Assembly (NCBI GenBank): GCA_963845535.1
Contig: CAWJSK010000011.1
Coordinates: 1-64,000 of the forward strand
Direction of reading: 5' to 3'
Length of the DNA: 64,000 nt
Source: an uncultured Spirochaetota bacterium
Lineage (GTDB): Bacteria; Spirochaetota; Spirochaetia; SZUA-6; Fen-1364
Shown here: in pieces, positions 59,903 through 64,000 of the stretch
Position numbering within the stretch: position 1 is the first letter of the stretch
Layout: every line of letters begins with the position of its first letter
The notes under the pieces: generated by a model
Databases searched by the model: none
The model's input: only the letters and a program-made list of their open reading frames with translations
What the model was told of the DNA's origin: nothing
Position numbers and translations under genes: made by a program

Positions 59903-62338
59903 ATGCGGCTGATTGATCCCGCACGCGACCTTGCGGGAATCCTCCAGAGCGTCGAGAAACCGGCGCGGTACGTTGGGGGAGAGTTCGGCTGCGTCGAGAA
60001 GGCGCAGGCCGCCCTCGCCGTTGCCATCTCCTACCCTGATCTCTACGAGATCGGAATGTCCAACAACGCGGTGCGCATCCTGTACAACATCCTCAACAGG
60101 CTTCCCGACGTGCTCTGTGAGAGGGTTTTTGCGCCCGCGCCTGATTTCGAGGCGCGCATACGAGCCGCCGATGTCCCGCTGTACTCGCTTGAGTCGGGGA
60201 GGGCGCTCCAGGATTTCGATATCATAGGCTTTTCCCTGGGGTACGAGCTGACGCTGACGAATGCTCTTGCCATCCTCGATTGCGGCGGGGTGACTCTCGA
60301 AACTGCGCGAAGGGGAAATAACGAGCCTATCGTCATGATCGGGGGGCCGGCGGCCGGCAACCCGGCGCCTTTCGGGGTGTTCGCCGATTGTGTCTTCGTT
60401 GGCGAGGCGGAGGGTTGGGCGGAACGAGCCTTCTCTGACCTGGGCCGCATGAAGAAGCAGGGGGCTTTCCGGACAGACCTTCTTGCCTATCTGCGCGCAG
60501 ATCCGTCGATATGGCACCCGGGGCGCACTGAAAAGGTCCGCCGCGCTCTGTGGAGAGGCTTCCGCTCCCACGTCGCGGACACGTGTTTTCCCGTGCCGAG
60601 CATGCGCGTGGTCCAGGACCATGGCACCGTCGAGATCATGCGAGGATGCCCCAACGCCTGCAAGTTCTGCCACGCAACAGTGTACTATCGCGCCTGCAGG
60701 CGCAAAGACCGGGACACTATTGCGCGCGAAGTGGATCACCTCGTGAAGTCCGGCGGATACAGAGAGGTGACTCTCTCTTCCCTGTCCTCGGGAGACTACG
60801 GCGGGATCCAGGAGCTCGTCCAGGACCTGAACGCGCGCTACGCGCCGCTTCTCGTATCCTTTGCGCTTCCTTCCCTCAGGGTTGATTCACTCGGGCTCCA
60901 GCTTCTTTCGGAAATATCCCAGGTGCGGAAAAGCGGTCTCACGTTTGCCGTCGAGACGGCAAAGGACGAATGGCAGAAAGAGGTGCGCAAGAAGGCCGGG
61001 CGCGAGAAAGTAATAGATATTCTCAGGGAGGCCCGCTCCCAGGGATGGCGCGCGGCGAAGTTCTATTTCATGGTGGGTCTTCCAGCGTCATTCGATGAAG
61101 ACGAGTCCTCCGCCATCGTCGAGTTCCTCCAGGCCGTTCGATCGGCAACCGGCATGTCGCTGAACGTGAACGTGGCCGGGTTCATCCCGAAGCCTCACAC
61201 CCCGTACGAGCGGGCCGCTCAGATCGGGGAGGAAAAAGCCCTTGAAAAGATCATGGCCGTGAAGGCCGGGCTTCGAGGCAGCGGATTCAAGGTGGGCTAC
61301 CATGCCCCCTTCTTGTCCATTCTCGAGGGAATCGTCTCCCGGGGAGACCAGAGGGCCGGCCAGCTCGTCTTGGACGCCTACCGGCGCGGGGCCAGGCTTG
61401 ATGCCTGGGAGGAGCACGTCAAGACGGACATTTGGCGGGAAGCGATAGCGTCCGCGGGTTGGGACGTCCTTTCCGAGACGTGCCGCCCAAGGGACGCCGA
61501 CGAGCAGCTGCCCTGGCACCTCATTGCCCTGGGCCTTTCCAGCAGCGAGATCACGGACGAGCTGCCTGCGGACGTGCCGCTTGCAGGCGCGTGGCCCATG
61601 AGCGCATCGCCCGCACGTGCGCAGCCCGCCGCCGCCCAGCCCGCCAGCGCGCAGCCCGCGGAGGCCGCCAGCGCACAGCCCGCAGAGGCCGCCAGCGCCC
61701 AGCCCGCAGAGGCCGCCAGCGCACAGCCCGCGCAGCAGCCAACCCTGACGGCTGCTGCGCGGTTGGGCGGCGCGGTGTGGGTGCGCCTCCTTTTTACGTT
61801 CGCCAAGACGGGGAGGGCCGTTTTCATTTCCCACCTCGACCTCATGACGGTCATGGAAAGGGCCCTGGCCCGCGCGGGCTGCGCAGCCAGATTCACTGAG
61901 GGCTTCAACCCCAAGCCGCGGCTGGAGTTTGCGAGCCCGCTCGGCCTGGGGATCACCTCACGGGAGGAAGTGGCCTGCATAGACCTGCTTGATTTCGATT
62001 CGGAGGCATCCTTCGCGTCACGGATGAACGCGGCGCTTCCGCGAGGGCTCGAGATTCTTCGCGCGGCGCTCGTCCTGCCACCTGCGCCTCTTGCTCCCCG
62101 GAGATCGCTCATGGCCGCCTGCTGGGGCGCCGAGTACGAAGTGGCGGACGCAGGCGAAGAGCCGATGGTGATGCGACTGAGGGCTTCTGAGCCTTCGATT
62201 AAAAAGACGATGGAGGCGCGCGGTCTCTGGGGCTCAGCGCGCGCCGTGCGTACGCGCACCTTTGCGCGTGGGAAGTCTGACGAGCCTGTCTCCTATTTCG
62301 AAGCCTTCTGCGGCCTTTCTACGACTCCTCCGATTTGA
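59903..62338 (+). CDS. TIGR03960-like radical SAM protein fused to TIGR03936-like radical-SAM-associated domain
   Basis: YPDLYEIGMSN, RGCPNACKFC; C-terminal FISHLD..FTEGFNPKPR. Confidence 0.85.
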   Translation: MRLIDPARDLAGILQSVEKPARYVGGEFGCVEKAQAALAVAISYPDLYEIGMSNNAVRILYNILNRLPDVLCERVFAPAPDFEARIRAADVPLYSLESGRALQDFDIIGFSLGYELTLTNALAILDCGGVTLETARRGNNEPIVMIGGPAAGNPAPFGVFADCVFVGEAEGWAERAFSDLGRMKKQGAFRTDLLAYLRADPSIWHPGRTEKVRRALWRGFRSHVADTCFPVPSMRVVQDHGTVEIMRGCPNACKFCHATVYYRACRRKDRDTIAREVDHLVKSGGYREVTLSSLSSGDYGGIQELVQDLNARYAPLLVSFALPSLRVDSLGLQLLSEISQVRKSGLTFAVETAKDEWQKEVRKKAGREKVIDILREARSQGWRAAKFYFMVGLPASFDEDESSAIVEFLQAVRSATGMSLNVNVAGFIPKPHTPYERAAQIGEEKALEKIMAVKAGLRGSGFKVGYHAPFLSILEGIVSRGDQRAGQLVLDAYRRGARLDAWEEHVKTDIWREAIASAGWDVLSETCRPRDADEQLPWHLIALGLSSSEITDELPADVPLAGAWPMSASPARAQPAAAQPASAQPAEAASAQPAEAASAQPAEAASAQPAQQPTLTAAARLGGAVWVRLLFTFAKTGRAVFISHLDLMTVMERALARAGCAARFTEGFNPKPRLEFASPLGLGITSREEVACIDLLDFDSEASFASRMNAALPRGLEILRAALVLPPAPLAPRRSLMAACWGAEYEVADAGEEPMVMRLRASEPSIKKTMEARGLWGSARAVRTRTFARGKSDEPVSYFEAFCGLSTTPPI
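61643..61732 (+). repeat. 24-bp imperfect tandem repeat (~3.7 copies) encoding ASAQPAEA
   Basis: GCCAGCGCnCAGCCCGCrGAGGCC units. Confidence 0.85.
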
Positions 62339-63155
62339 CCTGATTCCACAGCTGGTCCATGCGCGCAAGCCCTGCTTCAGCGGGGCTCGTCCCGTCCGCT
62401 GCGAGCCGCTTTTCGATCTCCCGAAAGCGCCTCTCGAACTTCACGTTCGTGGAGTGCAGGGCTACCGAAGGGTCAACCTTCAGAAACCGGGCGAGATTGA
62501 CAACGGAAAACAACAGGTCGCCGACTTCATCCTCGACTTTTGCCGGGTTCCCTCCGTTGGCCGCCTCCGAAAGCTCCCGCATTTCCTCCGATATCTTGTC
62601 CCACACCGGACCGACGTCGGGCCAGTCGAACCCCACTTTTGCGGCCTTCTTCTGCAAAGCAACGGATTTCTCCAGGGGCTGAAGCGCTCCCGGCAGATGA
62701 TCCAGCGTCGAGCCCGGGGGAGCCTGGCCTTTCTTTTCCGCGGCCTTGATCTCGTCCCACCGGACCAGGATCTCATCAACGGATTCCGCCGTGGCGTTGC
62801 CAAAGACATGGGGATGGCGTCGTACGAGCTTCTCCTGGATGGTCCGTAGGACCGAAGACACGGAGAACGTTCCCTCCTGCTCCTTCATCCACGCGATCAT
62901 GGTCACGAGCAGATACAAGTCTCCCAGCTCTTCCTGGAGGTTCATTTCGTCCCGCGCCTCGATGGCGCTGACGGCTTCCCAGACTTCCTCCACGAGGCTC
63001 GGCCGCAGCGTCATGGGGGTCTGCGCGCGGTCCCATGCGCATCCGTCGGGTGCGCGAAGGCGTTGTATCGTTTCCAGCAGCTTGGCGAACGCGGCTGCCG
63101 GTTCGTCCCTGCGGGGGTCGTTGCCGCGGGAAGCCCCGCGCGATTCACCGTTCAT
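62319..63155 (-). CDS. mazG: nucleoside triphosphate pyrophosphohydrolase
   Basis: LRAPDGCAWDRAQT, EELGDL, RRHPHVF, GFDW, EVGDLLF. Confidence 0.93.
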   Translation of the reverse strand: MNGESRGASRGNDPRRDEPAAAFAKLLETIQRLRAPDGCAWDRAQTPMTLRPSLVEEVWEAVSAIEARDEMNLQEELGDLYLLVTMIAWMKEQEGTFSVSSVLRTIQEKLVRRHPHVFGNATAESVDEILVRWDEIKAAEKKGQAPPGSTLDHLPGALQPLEKSVALQKKAAKVGFDWPDVGPVWDKISEEMRELSEAANGGNPAKVEDEVGDLLFSVVNLARFLKVDPSVALHSTNVKFERRFREIEKRLAADGTSPAEAGLARMDQLWNQVKSEES

Positions 63156-63162
63156 GGCGGCC

Positions 63163-63191
63163 AGTAAACAGGCGGGTTCTCTCGGTGTCAA
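63163..63191 (-). promoter_or_regulatory. sigma70-like promoter of mazG (leaderless geometry)
   Basis: TTGACA-17-TTTACT, 7 nt before ATG. Confidence 0.55.
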
Positions 63192-63200
63192 TACCGGAGG

Positions 63201-63237
63201 GAGCTTGCCGTGAGCTTGCCGTGAGCTTGCCGTGAGC
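63201..63237. repeat. 11-bp tandem repeat x3.4
   Basis: (GAGCTTGCCGT)3 GAGC, intergenic. Confidence 0.9.
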
Positions 63238-63293
63238 GCCCGCAGTGCGGGGAGTGTGTGCCAGCGGTGCAAAAGGCAGAGCGCGTGAGGCGC

Positions 63294-64000
63294 TCAGCCG
63301 GCCTTGGAAATCAGCGCCCGAAGCTCGCGCGCAAGCTCCTCACCGTTCTTTACCTCGAGGATGCGGTCGTTGATGCTCACCACGGGCCCGTGCGCGCACA
63401 TTCCCCGGCAGGGTACCGTCTCCAAGGAAAACATCCCGTCGGGGGTCGCCTCGCCGCTGGAAATCGAAAGGGTCCTGCCGATTGCCTCCAGGAGATCCTG
63501 GGAACCGTTCTTTGTGCACGTCTCACCCCGGCACAAGGAGATCCTGTAGCGCGCAAGCGGTTCAGTGCGGAACATCGGATAGAACGCGGCGGTCTCGAGC
63601 ACTTTTTCTCGGGCGATGTTCAGGAAATCCGCGATATACCCAACGGCTTCCGGGGAGAGATACCCGAAGGCGCGCTGCGCATCTTCCATGATCCGGACCA
63701 GGAACTCCCTCTTGGGCTGGTAGCGCGCAAAGACTTCAATCAAGGCTTGCGGCGGGTTTGTTCGGGCGTCGGCGCCGTTGGCTATGAGCCCTTCCTTTTT
63801 TCGCCTCTTGAGGTAGTGGGAGAGGATGGCGAGGCCAAGGGCGATGTTCTCATTGCGGATCACGATATCCGAGGGGACGGCGAGCTGGGTCGGGGAGAAG
63901 TTCCAGATTGCCTTGATCCCGAGGGAGACGATCCTTCCCGCCACGGACTGCGCTGCGTCCTTGGGGACACAGATGATCGCAATACCGACATCGAAGCTGC
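63294..64000 (-). CDS. rex: Rex redox-sensing repressor C-terminus fused to NuoE/HydC-like [2Fe-2S] domain (5' part outside window)
   Basis: FDVGIAIICVPKDAAQSVAGRIVSLGIKAIWNFSP continues in frame into AQRAFGYLS..FYPMF..CRGETC..CRGMC. Confidence 0.8.
   Translation of the reverse strand, partial: SFDVGIAIICVPKDAAQSVAGRIVSLGIKAIWNFSPTQLAVPSDIVIRNENIALGLAILSHYLKRRKKEGLIANGADARTNPPQALIEVFARYQPKREFLVRIMEDAQRAFGYLSPEAVGYIADFLNIAREKVLETAAFYPMFRTEPLARYRISLCRGETCTKNGSQDLLEAIGRTLSISSGEATPDGMFSLETVPCRGMCAHGPVVSINDRILEVKNGEELARELRALISKAG

Overview
GC-rich bacterial chromosome segment, almost certainly from a spirochaete (Spirochaetota). The assignment rests on a FlaB core flagellin starting MIINHNMSA, a short SMC, a PUR-like protein, and the gene orders rplS-hyp-flhB-like-HD-GYP-yraN and mltG-dnaG-rpoD-zinc ribbon-rnpB-TPR-mreBCD-mrdA. 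Most of 17-64 kb is housekeeping: smc, ffh-rpsP-rimM-trmD-rplS, coaD-rpmF-acpP-rnc, flaB, glgA, map, dnaG-rpoD, rnpB, mreBCD-mrdA, mazG and three tRNAs. The notable region is 1.3-17 kb. It holds a fully dissociated (type II) acyl-chain operon joining a complete polyketide beta-branching cassette (PksF-like KS, HMG-synthase, ECH1, ECH2, AcpK-like ACP) to KR/DH/ER enzymes and a serine-palmitoyltransferase-like alpha-oxoamine synthase, with no modular PKS in the window. A second FabF, an Sfp-type PPTase and a convergent operon of reductase, CPBP protein, MGDG-type glycosyltransferase, flippase-like protein and putative outer-membrane protein lie next to it. This is a candidate pathway for methyl-branched sphingolipid-like or amino-lipids (inference). 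Other highlights: a Rex-[2Fe-2S] NuoE-like fusion at the right edge, a ~750 bp att-flanked mini-islet at tRNA-Thr, a VapBC45-like TA locus with a broken toxin, no rodA after mrdA, and several frameshifts that may be sequencing errors. All calls come from motif recognition by eye; no searches were run.
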